The notes under the pieces were generated by a model. The model was not told where the DNA came from, made no database searches, and saw nothing but the letters and a program-made list of their open reading frames with translations. The position numbers and the translations under genes were made by a program. From the NCBI GenBank assembly GCA_965203295.1, contig CBDBCZ010000017.1:1376001-1440000 (forward strand): a stretch of DNA of 64,000 bases, in the 5' to 3' direction. This document shows, one piece after another, positions 12,723-44,100 of this stretch. Each line of letters opens with the position of its first letter. Within the stretch, counting starts at the first letter, position 1. This DNA comes from Nitrospirales bacterium (GTDB taxonomy: Bacteria > Nitrospirota > Nitrospiria > Nitrospirales > UBA8639).

Positions 12723-15157
12723 TATATAGTATTTGAAGTGTGACTATATAGTACTTGAAAGGTGAATATATGTATTTTGTACATGTCACACACAAGCCAT
12801 CATATTTAGGCCACACCCTCTACCCCACCCATGTACCAAGTAGGTTTGATCATGGCTGGCATGTTCTATGAGCCCGAAGCATGCCACCCGTGATCAAACC
12901 TATCCATATAGTATTTCAAAGACTATAGTATCTGAAAGGTGCATGACCATAATTATAGTATTTGAAATGTTCTGTAAGAGTTCCATCTGCAGGGTGTTTA
13001 GAGAATTTGATGTCGCTGTAGTCCCTAATTAGAGCCAAGTGATTCTCTCCAGGTGCTAACTTCTGCTGCTTGTGATGGCTGCCAACTGAGATGTTTATTT
13101 TTCTTTCGCAAATTGACTGCTTTTCGGGAGGCATGGCGACCGTACATCTTTAGTCGGCGTGCGGTTGTGGTGCCTAGGCACGTACTTGTACTTGTGAAGG
13201 GCTTGATATTGCATGGCATTCTGTGGCTGCCAATTGGATAATTATTTCACCAGCCAGTACATGTATTTGGGTAATCATGAGTGAGCCCCCACGCTAGTGT
13301 GTTCAGTTGAGAATTTGATCTGCATGTGCATGCATACGTACATGCGTCCACATACATGTACCCCATATCATTGACCTCCACGGTTTCCAATACAACATTT
13401 GAGAAGTTTCACATATCTATGATCTTATTTAACGTTCGAAACTTTTACATGGCAACAGCACTCACTGCATTAATTGTGCCTTGTCGTGCCCGCATGCATG
13501 GACTAGCCTGCAGTAAGAAAGGGAGACTGCCATAATTAGAGGCTACAGCGGAAGAGGGAGTTTAGCTAAGCCTTAGATCCCTGTGAAGATACAGAGCTGG
13601 GAACTTAGAATTACAGTGGAACACCTCAAATGTGGGGACCTGGTAAAGTGTCCCTCATTTCAGGTGTAAATGAAGCGTATTTGAGACACAGCAAAGTGTC
13701 CTCACCTTATTTTAAGGGTGTCTTTTACCCACTGTAACATAATTGGGTAGTGTCCTGGTAATAGACTGCATTTCGAAACAATGGTCTGCTAATTATATCA
13801 ATTAACTCACTAACAATGGCACAGCCATATGTAGGTAAGTGCACTGGCAATGCCATAAGTAATTGGCTAGCTGACCGACCACTTTATCCAGGCAGAGTAG
13901 CAATTGGAAGTAGTCCAGATAGAAGTCTCCTTCCCACGCAGGCCTCTGCTTAGGTTTGGGAATGAGACTACATGGAGATCGGAACTTCGAGAATCCCTCC
14001 TTTTTAGTTTTACTAAAAATGTCTGAGTGCATATGTATATCTTAATTATTGTAGATTTACCCCTGAAATGAGGACATCTCTCTATACAGGACACTCCCAA
14101 GGTGTCCACAATAGAGGGGTTCCTAAAATGACGACACCTCTTTATGCAGGTCACTTCACCAGGTCCCCAAGGTGTCCACAAAATAGAGGGTACCACTTTA
14201 GCTCCCTTGAGGTTGTGTACCTGTACAGGCAGTTGTGAGGTATGGAGAAGCCCCAACCATGCAGGAAGTGTGGTTGTGTTATGCCTGCCCTTAATTGCCT
14301 TCTAGCTGGCTTCCTGCCTGTGGGCTGCATTTGGAATTTCACCTATTTTGCAAGTCATTGTGAAGTTTCATGATTTTGCAAGTCATCGCGAAGTTTCATC
14401 AATCCCAAGCCGAAGTTCAGCAGAAGTTCTTTTTATGTTGCTGATGTTTCGACTGCAGTGTTGTAGTCTTCTTTGAAGAAGACTACAACACTGTAGCTAT
14501 TAAAAATTAAAAGAGCATCCCTCCATAATCTGGAACTCAGAGAAACTGAAAGTGTAGAATTCCATTGTTTGTTTTCTATATTGGATTATGCAGAGGTTTG
14601 CAGGTTTGTTGACAGTTGTCCAGTGCAATAAGTAAATGGAAGTTGACTGTGTAAACTGTTTAGCCTTTGATTCTGACAGCCTACCCTAATTAAGTACTTG
14701 AGAGCCGCTGCCTATTTGCCCTCTCCTGCTTGCGAACCTCCGTTTTTGCTTCTCTGTGATCCCCTCCTTCGATTACGCCAAATAAGTACTTCACATTTCA
14801 ATCTTTTCACTTGGTAGTGTACATACATGCTATTTAATACCATATCGCATGTACTCCCAACATTTTTCGTACATGTACATGTACCAAACAGAAAATACTC
14901 CATGAGAGGCCAACGAGGGAGGGAGGCCATACTTACGGTGCCATATAACTTACTTGGCTGACATAAAACAGTAATAGACTGTGTTTGAGTGGGCTGTGGT
15001 GTGTTGACACAACTCAGAGTTTATCAGAGATCAGTATTCATATCCTAGAGTGTGTGCAAGTATGTAAACTGTATATACTTGGGGTCAACCTCTAAACTTT
15101 ACACAGTAACTGTGCTCACTTAGGCATAAATTTACTACTTTACTTTTTCCCCACATT

Positions 15158-15907
15158 CCCATATCTCATACTCTCATCCCCATGTCTCATGCTCTATCTC
15201 AGCCTCATCCCCATGTCTCATACTCTATCTTAGCCTCATCCCCATGTCTCATGCTCTATCTCAGCCTCATCCCCATGTCTCATGCTCTATCTCATACTCT
15301 CATCCCCATGTCTCATGCTCTATCTTAGCCTCATCCCCATGTCTCATACTCTATCTTAGCCTCATTCCCATGTCTCATGCTCTATCTTAGCCTCATCCCC
15401 ATGTCTCATACTCTATCTTAGCTTCATTCCCATGTCTCATGCTCTATCTTAGCCTCATCCCCATGTCTCATACTCTATCTCATACTCTCATCCCCATGTC
15501 TCATGCTCTATCTTAGCCTCATCCCCATGTCTCATACTCTATCTTAGCCTCATTCCCATGTCTCATACTCTATCTTAGCCTCATCCCCGTGTCTCATACT
15601 CTATCTTAGCCTCATCCCCGTGTCTCATACTCTATCTTAGCCTCATCCCTATGTCTCATACTCTATCTTAGCCTCATCCCCATGTCTCATACTCTATCTC
15701 ATACTCTCATCCCTATGTCTCATACTCTATCTTAGCCTCATCCCCATGTCTCGTACTCTATCTCATACTCTCATCCCCATGTCTCATACTCTATCTCATA
15801 CTCTCATCCCCATGTCTTATACTCTATCTTAGCCTCATCCCCATGTCTCATACTCTATCTTAGCCTCATCCCCATGTCTTATACTCTATCTTAGCCTCAC
15901 CCCCATG
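15158..15907. repeat. 31-33-bp minisatellite (AGCCTCATCCCCATGTCTCATACTCTATCTT)
   Basis: More than 20 units, direct reading. Confidence 0.9.
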
Positions 15908-16022
15908 TGTGTGTGTGATATGCGGTGTGAACGTGGTGTGGGCATGTCAGCCATTACCCAATAGTTGTATGCTTAGCTTCCCACTTAGAAACTCAAACAA
16001 CTTTGAAAGTCTGTATGATATA

Positions 16023-16202
16023 CAGTGGAACCCCTCTACTGTGGACACCTTGGGGACCTGGTTTAGTGTCCTGTATAGAGAGGTGTCCTCATTTCAGGGA
16101 TAAATTTATACTAAAAAACATATTTGGGACATAGCAAGTTGTCCTTAAGTACAGAGGTATGTGTCCTTATTTCAGGGGTGTCCTTTAAGAGGGGTTCCGC
16201 TG
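16023..16202. mobile_element. Tc1/mariner-pogo-type MITE (CAGTGGAACCCCTCT TIR, TA TSD), representative copy
   Basis: ta|cagtggaacccctct ... agaggggttccgctg|ta. Other copies: ~6009-6131, 6488-6656, 7825-7992, 8753-8916, 12547-12722, 13614-13734, ~14060-14195, 25098-25243, 32851-33063, 38097-38233, ~48600-48655. Confidence 0.85.
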
Positions 16203-17021
16203 TAGCTTGGGTTGTGGCATTCCATGCTTGTATCTTCTGTTGTAGCTAGGCAGTGAGCATCACAATGACCCCCACTCACTACCCTACCATATGGTCATTG
16301 TTCCCTGTCTGAGCCTTGTTTCTTGCCCCAGCCCTGCCAAACCATAGCTCTATACAAAACATTGTTCATCTCCTGGAATAGTGGTATAATTGTGGTGGAG
16401 TAGGATACATGCGTGTACTACATGCAAACGTTATTGTTTGTGTAAAAGAAGCCATGTTGTATGTGTGTTAGAGAGTATGTTTGTTAGAGAGTACTTGTAC
16501 ATGTAGGTCTAAAGTGTAGGGGTAAACATGCTAATAGCTTTCAGTTACACAAAGAACAGCCAGTAGGCCTGGTAAGTGATTTCAGTCACAATTGAAGGCC
16601 AAAGGGGGTGAAAGGTCGTAGAAAGGTAATTATAGAGCCTGGGTGAGCACAGTTGCCTTTACTATTATGATATGTGAGGTAAAAGGAGGCACTAAATGGA
16701 GAAAATACATGAAAAAGTGCATGTTTTTGTGCTTTCATGTAAATTTTAAACATGAAAGCACAAAAACATAATATGTAAAATTTTCATTAAGTGCCTCCTT
16801 TTACCCCCCATTACATCGTAATGGTAAAGGGTCTATTACCACAGTTCGAAACAAAGTCTACATAGCCATAGATAAAATTAATGTAGAGAAACATAGCCAT
16901 CTTTCGCATCGGTCCTTACCCACACACAATCACGTGACTTTAAATATGCTCATCCCACAATGCCCTGCATTCACCTAGTGCATGCAGTCTATCTGCTTGC
17001 AGAGTGTGACCTACCAAGCTA

Positions 17022-17367
17022 TAGCCTCGTTCCCAGGCCCGCGACTTTTTTGGTTGCATGAAGGAAAGTCACGGGGCCTGGTATCTGGGCTCCAATTATA
17101 ATTGCTCAACTTACGTTATTATTCACTTTGAAAGACATTTTACCAGAGACTTTCTTTCAGCGGTAAGTCTATTGTACAGACAGGCTGTGAAGATAAGCTA
17201 CAGGAAGTCTTAACTCGTTACTCGAGAATTGCAACTGTACTCGCCCACGCTCGTTATTACCCTTCTACTACCCTTCTACTCGTGGCCTTGCACACTTGAC
17301 TTTAGATCCCAGGCCCTGTGACAGCTTTCATGTAACTAAAAATGGCGTGGGCCTGGGAACAAGACTA
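17022..17367. mobile_element. Copy of the TAGCCTCGTTCCCAGG-TIR element
   Basis: Both TIRs present; internal sequence homologous (inverted) to 27034-27401; no TSD visible. Confidence 0.75.
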
Positions 17368-17681
17368 CTCACTCTTTGAAAAGCCTCTGGGTGCTATACA
17401 GAGTAGGGTAGCAAGTAAACAAAGGAAGGCCTTCGTCCGAACTCTCCAGTGGGCAAACAGAAGTGCCACAAAAGCTCCTTACACCAAAGCACTCTCTGCA
17501 TTTGTTTTGTGGCTGTTACAAGTCTTCTACCCACTATTGGTAAATGGGAATCCCTAATCTACCCTCCTTAGACCTCCACCCCAGATTTTGTGCTTTGCTT
17601 TGCTGGGATGACAGGGAAGGAAAAGGCTGTAAGACGAGCGACAACAGCGGGGGGGGGGGGGGGGGGGGGGGGGGGGAGAGT

Positions 17682-17952
17682 GCTGGGAATGAGGCTGAGA
17701 TGTGGCCTGGGAATGAGGCTAAGTACTAGCCTGGCCTGGGAATGAGGCTGAGATGTGGCCTGGGAATGAGGCTAAGTACTAGCCTGGCCTGGGAATGAGG
17801 CTGAGATGTGGCCTGGGAATGAGGCTAAGCACTAGCCTGGCCTGGGAACGAGGCTGAGATGTGGCCTGGGAACGAGGTTAAGATCTAGTCTGGCCTGGGA
17901 ATGAGGCTAAGTACTAGCCTGGCCTGGGAACGAGGCTGGGGAACAAGGCTAA
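17682..17952. repeat. 53-bp (24+29) higher-order minisatellite of CCTGGGAA(T/C)GAGGCT
   Basis: Alternating gagatgtgg / aagtactagcctgg spacers. Confidence 0.9.
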
Positions 17953-18479
17953 GCGCAATAAGCAGATATCTCATGACATAATTATACTCTAATAATGATG
18001 ATAGTTTTTCACCTGTATGCACTCTGCAAAGGTAATGGCTGCCATATTACCTAGCAGTTGCAGCAGAGGGATAATATTTGTGTAACAATGGTTATTGTAC
18101 AATTTTAACCCTCCTTCGTAAAAACTTTGCACTTTGAAGACATGTAAAAACTTAAAGTGTGGTTGACTCCTTATAGGATAAATTATATGTGCACTGCATG
18201 CTTTTCTGTTCTGTTCATGCTAGTGTGAATATGAGGCTTGGGGGTGGGTAGAGCTATATCCCATATTATGGTATGTGCATTAGAGTATTTGTTGATTATT
18301 CATAGTTCCTAGAAATGAGATTCAGTTGCTGGGAAATGAATTTCAGACCCTGTTTTTTGGGACTGGATGTCTATATGGTACACCTGTTCTTGGTAAGTCA
18401 GAATACAGCCACTCTGCTGTATCACCCCTGGTGATTTCTGGCTAATCACAGTCACACACACGCACTGAGAGACAGACAT

Positions 18480-18521
<42 letters not shown>

Positions 18522-18588
18522 CGACAAACAGACAGACAGACACCCACCCACCCACCCACTCACAACACAGACGCATGCACACACAATA

Positions 18589-18982
18589 TGCAAATTCTAT
18601 TGCTGCCGCTAAGCAGTCACGCGCACCTGGCAAAGCCAGGCTGCTAGTGCACTAAGCAAGCACTATGAGCCAATACTAGCAAACTCCTGGAGCCGGGCTA
18701 GGAGCTCGCAGGAGGACTGACTGCTTCTCTCGGCATCTGGTGTGGGCACCCGAAGTCCCACCTGGACCAAGGCTGATACATGAGAGCAGTCAATTAAATT
18801 TGCACCCCAGCAAATGCCAGGTACCCATTACAGCTGGGTGGGCTGGTGTGTACTGGTGACATGAGATGGCAATTCACAGCAAATAAATGATGGAAAGAAA
18901 AGACAGTCACCAGTTGTCAAAAGTGGGATTTAAACCACCAACATTTGGGTTGTGAGTCCAGTGCTCTAACCACTACACCACT
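18589..18982 (-). mobile_element. tRNA-derived SINE with Nin/Deu-like central motif
   Basis: On - strand: A box TGGTGTAGTGG, B-box-like GGTTTAAATCC (18920-18982), then CCCACCCAGCTGTAATGGGTACCTG, then a TG-rich tail. Second, 5'-truncated copy at 20089-20410. Confidence 0.65.
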
Positions 18983-19005
18983 CTGACACACACTGAGACA
19001 CACAT

Positions 19006-19091
<86 letters not shown>

Positions 19092-19394
19092 AGAGAGACT
19101 GTCACTGTAAAAGTGTGTACACAGCATGAAATCTGATAGCTGGATCAGATAACACTTGCTATTGGTATCCACTAATGGATTCATTATCCCATTGCCAGTA
19201 CAAACCCACAATAGTATAACCACTACCAAATAAGGGATACACCCTCTAAGGAGTGTGCTTTATATTCAAACAGATGTGGGGACTTCAGTCTAGTGTCGGA
19301 GGCATGTTGGGGTAGACTTTCAGGGCATTACATCATGGTTTCACTTGATCTCCAACCGGAAGTATTTTCTGATTGCGATGTGACTGTTTATTTA

Positions 19395-19761
19395 ATTTGG
19401 GCGAGCATGAGCGAGCCCCAAACTAGGCGTGTTCGATTAAAAATTTCTCTGTGTGTGCATGCATGTGGTCCACATACACATAGCATTTGCATCCATGATC
19501 CAATTTAACTTATTCGCGTGGCCATGCAGTTTTTTTTTTGTGCCTGCATGCACTACTGCAGCAAGAAAGGGAGACTACCACTAGGTTATGGCGGGAAGGA
19601 AGCCGATATTACAGGTCACCAACAAGCTTCGCGAGGGGTGGGCTAGAGCTAGTAGAGCTGTCCACTATATTTGCGTGCCAGTCTACAGACCGTCGACCGG
19701 CAAGCCTCAACCACACTGCAACAGACTCACACTCGCCCCGTAGTGCTTTGCATTCACCTAG
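19395..19761 (+). mobile_element. Helentron/Helitron-like non-autonomous element
   Basis: 5' ttgggcgagc with subterminal inverted ctcgccc, 3' tgctttgca hairpin and CTAG end; shares the gcaagaaagggagac block with other copies. Confidence 0.6.
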
Positions 19762-20088
19762 GGTGGATACTAGTGGAATAATTATCCGATAACTCCAAAA
19801 GTATTGCGTGCATGCGCTCGCTGCGTCTTTCTCTAGATCTCCTTAGAGATATGTACAGCCTTGCTTATCCCTGCTGTAGGACCACAACTATTGCTGCCAG
19901 AATTTTAACTCACTCAATTTTTTGTGGCGTGTTTGATAATTATTAATCTGCGAAAACAATAGTGACCAGTGTTGTCATGTACGCAAATTGGGTAAATGCC
20001 GCATGTACGTAAATATTTACACACATACACACACACACACACACACACTTACACTTACACTTACACTTACACAAATGCAAAAAAAAAC

Positions 20089-20439
<351 letters not shown>

Positions 20440-20526
20440 ACACTTACACACACACACTCACACTCACACGCACACACACACACACGCACTTAAACACATG
20501 CACGCACACTCATACAGCCGACAGCG

Positions 20527-39926
<19,400 letters not shown>

Positions 39927-40910
39927 TATTGTGAGCCATCTTTTTATCAGTTGTTTTATTTTACAATCCTCAGCTAGTAAGCTTTGACATTTGGCTCTTT
40001 TTTCCCTCACAATGCTGAACTTTGTACATTTACAATGCCACAAATGTTTGTATGTACTCCGACTTTTTTTTCCCTGTTTTATGTTCATATTCCAGGTGAA
40101 ATTTCTAACCTCTATTCATATGCACAGGCCCCGATGTACTTTATAGTTCGTTCTTACATGTTATCTCACCTACCTTTTGCTAGCACCACTTAATAATTAT
40201 GATCACGCAGTCTGGAACATCCACTCACAGTACTGTTAGTCAATATCATCTGCTGTAATACAGCATTATTCTTCCAAGTTTAATGACTCTTTGTGAACTT
40301 TAATAACGGTTTCTTATTTTGCTCGCGTAATAATCGTCTGCAAAACTACATAAGGTGCATAATAGTTTTTTTTGGCAGTAGGCCGTTGTCTGCATGATAT
40401 CACTTCCTGTTCACTAGTTGATTGACAATAGATTTGCCCTGTTCTGCCGATAATTATACCGGTATGGGTTTTACGGAGATTGTGGGTTGAGTGCCATACA
40501 AATAGCATGGAACAGGCCGGTTAATGATGTAACCAGACTAATTAAAGGCAGTTAGGTCCTTGTCAGCACCCTGCGTACAGGCACAGTTGGAAGTGTGAGC
40601 TACAAAACTGCAGCTGAACCTCAGTTGGTATAGTTATTGGTTTACTGCTGTGTTGTGCAGGAAGCACTGTGTACTATATTGCCAAGAACTATAACACTAA
40701 ACTAAAATCAAGAGAACTGTAACCAGAGTAGTTAATGATTCGCTTAGAATGTGTATACATAGGTAAAACATTTCTGTGACAAAAGTAGTATAATATTCAT
40801 AATGTATGTAAGGCCAATAATTGTGTAACAAAGACATAAGACTGTTTCGGTGTCTTTCTATTAACTACAGCTAGTGGCACATGTGCTTGCATGCAGATAC
40901 ACAAATGATC

Positions 40911-41111
40911 AGTAAAATGCATCGTTAGTAAAATAGCTACAGTTCAAAGCACTCAGAGAGTTCTTAATACAGTTAGCAGTAAAATGCATCGTTAGTAAAA
41001 TAGCTACAGTTCAAAGCACTCAGAGAGTTCTTAATACAGTTAGCAGTAAAATGCATCGTTAGTAAAATAGCTACAGTTCAAAGCACTCAGAGAGTTCTTA
41101 ATACTGTTAGC
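40911..41111. repeat. 67-bp tandem triplication in the 3' UTR of Ig copy A, overlapping its stop codon
   Basis: Units start at 40911, 40978, 41045. Confidence 0.9.
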
Positions 41112-44100
41112 AAGATTGTTTGCCACACACACTTGCGAAGCATTTCTCAAAGCAGCCTCCTGCGGGAATGATGGGCAAGGTGGCATTCGTAGCACACTCT
41201 GGCTCGTGGAAGGACTGGATGCGAAGTGGGCACTCTGTGCTGGTCCTCAGACGCAGTAAGTCAACAGCGAATGTTCCTTCAGTTACCAACCAATCTTCCA
41301 CAAAGGCCAACAGTTCAGGCGCAGTGAAAGTGTTACTAGTTCCCCTGATCCTACTCCGGTAGACCACTTCATTCATGGTAGTCTGACAGCTGAACTCTCC
41401 AGTGTCAATTGAAGAAGAGGAGAATCCACAGTTGCATCGGTCTCGGATTGCAGCAGCTAATCCATTCTTGATGGACCACGAAAAAAGCCGTAGTTGATCC
41501 AGCTATACGGAGTATATTGATGGCCATAAATGATTGTATTATAGTAAATCTGTGAGAAATCATGCAGCGAAATCACTGATCACCTAAAGTTTAAATTAAT
41601 GTGTAATAAATATGGACTAGTCATAGAAAAACTAACCGTCCAGTGTATGCAATATTGAACAGGTCCCACTTTGAGCTGAAATAAAATAATACCTGCAGAT
41701 ATAGAATCAGTATTAAAAAAAAAGATTACTTTTGTTTGAGACAGGCATATCTATCTACATTCAGTCTTACTTGTAACTATCAGGTCGTATTCCTGTACCA
41801 GAGGAGGGGGGATGTTCAGTCCAGAAACATTAACATTGGCCTTGCAGGTATAAATACCGCCATGAGATGAGTTCAAGTGTTTGAATACAAGCACACTCGT
41901 TGTGGTCACATTGGTTGAATTCGCTGGCCCTAACTGAGTAAACACATTGTCATAAAATTCATCACCTTTCGGGCCTAACCATGATACCAATAAGCTGTCT
42001 TGCGGTAGACCACCAACAGTTGTCACGACACATGTCAGGTTAAACTCTTGACCCTCAGTTTGTACCCCTTGTGCAGTCACTTCCACAGTACCCCAGACAT
42101 CAGGAACTATGTTGGAGAAAGAAGATACAATTACTGTCCAGGCCAGTAATGACATGACCATCTGTGGTGACCCATTCTATTCCTTCCTATATGTATTTGG
42201 CTGTCTGGTCCCTAGCTATAGCTCAGAATTATAATTCTGAAGTCTTAGTTACATATGTAGCTACTGCTGAAACATTTTGACAACAGCACTGATAGACAGA
42301 GAGAAGGCATAAGAAAGGGAGAGGGTAAGGAAGGGGAGAGAATTAAGTTGCTGAGTGGCAAGTCAGACTGTCGCAAGCATTTTAGCTGGCCTAGTGTGCA
42401 TGGGTCTGATCAATATACCTTCAGCGCTAGAGGGTGGCATGCCTAGTAATCATAGTGTTAATTAATAACCATCTCAAAGAGAATCTTGGTTGGTTTGCTG
42501 TATGTATGTATGTGTATAGTGTTGATCAGGGTTGGTTACTACCAACCCACAATCACATCATCAAATGCCAGCATTTGGGCAACAGTCTTCAAGGAAGACA
42601 TCATCATAACACCTAGCATCATTATGCATGCAATCTATGGTACTGTAACTCACTTTGAGCTGAAATAGTGACAACCTCTTCCTGTGTACCATACGGACCA
42701 GTGGCAACACAAGTATAGCGTTGACCATGAGAACTTGTAGGAAGTAGTTGGAATACTAAATCAACTACTGGTATGTCAATCGCAGACTCCACTATAGGAA
42801 TCATGTCATTGTCGAGCCAAACAATGTTGGTGATCTCCAAATCACTACTGCAAGAGATATTTGCAGGTGCACCGACTATGGTGCTTTCCAGTCCACTTAC
42901 TTGAAGTCCTAAAAGAAAACAGACAATAATAACACGCTGCTTTAAATAATTTACGTATTCATGAGCTAGCTCTGTGTGCAAGAAACTCACACATTTATAT
43001 TCATCACTTTTTGCCTCAAGCTGAGATGAATAAGGATGATTATCATAGGAAATGAGTCTATGAAAGTGTCCATACTTTGATCTAGCGCTCTAACACATTA
43101 TTCATCTCTACACTTGGCAGTGTGGTTCAAGTATATCTATGCTAGCATGTATATTGTGGCTCTTGTATAGTCAGGAGCCCAGTACAGTATACATAGTAAT
43201 CACTAACCTTGAAAGGTAATGGTCTGATTAGATGTTCCAAGCACATTGCTGACAATGCAAGCGTATTCACCAAGCAGATTGCTTATGGAAGTATCATTCA
43301 CTAAAAGGAGATGTTGATATGTAGAGTTGGCACGGTATGTCACCGTCTGCTGCTGTTTGTATACTCCTCCATCGATGGTGATATTGACTTCATCTTTCAC
43401 CCATGTAACGAAGGTGGCGGCTGAGTCAGTTGACATGCACTCAAGAGTGAAAGTTTCTGAATCGTTTGAAGGAAGCTGATGTAAGATTGTCACTCTAGGA
43501 GGAGCTGCAGAGCAAAAGTGAAGACAACGATGACATGCAGCTGAGTGGGATCCGTTTTTCAAATGGGCTGCTTAGGGCTAGCTAAAGTATTCTTCATACA
43601 TTTTTGCAATAGCTTACACATATGCCGTGATGGTTTCTACATACAAGTATGTCAGTGTGGATACTGTATGACCGAGGCTTACAATTTCTTACAATTTTGT
43701 TACATACTGAGAAAAACATGGGCAGTTAGATGAAGCTCTGGTTGAATGCATTAAACCAATAGCATGCTAACCAAAAACAACCCCTGAAGAATGCTAAATC
43801 TGTTACCATACAAATATGTGATGAATAACAGGTGACTACTACGATGTAAAACTCGATCCAACTCACCACTAAATGTGGAGCTATACAGTCCAACATTCAA
43901 ATTCAAAAATGTACCATTTGCACCTCTCACATGTGCAGTGTATACTCCTTCACCGAGATGATTATCATAGGTATAAACTCTGGCTACACCAGGTCTGAAC
44001 CTACTATTGAATCTCACATCACGGCGACTCCTCGCATAAGTTAGGAAGCTATTGTCCAAGTAGACAGAGGAATTTGTAATGATATAAACATCCAAAGAAT

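Noticed and set aside
15158..17952. CRISPR-like appearance of the arrays here and at 6816-7039 and 915-1210
   Set aside because: No unique spacers, no cas genes, eukaryotic context; these are minisatellites.
19795..19870. Possible ZMIZ promoter (NRF1-like GCGTGCATGCGC)
   Set aside because: A single short motif between repeats; insufficient without transcript data.
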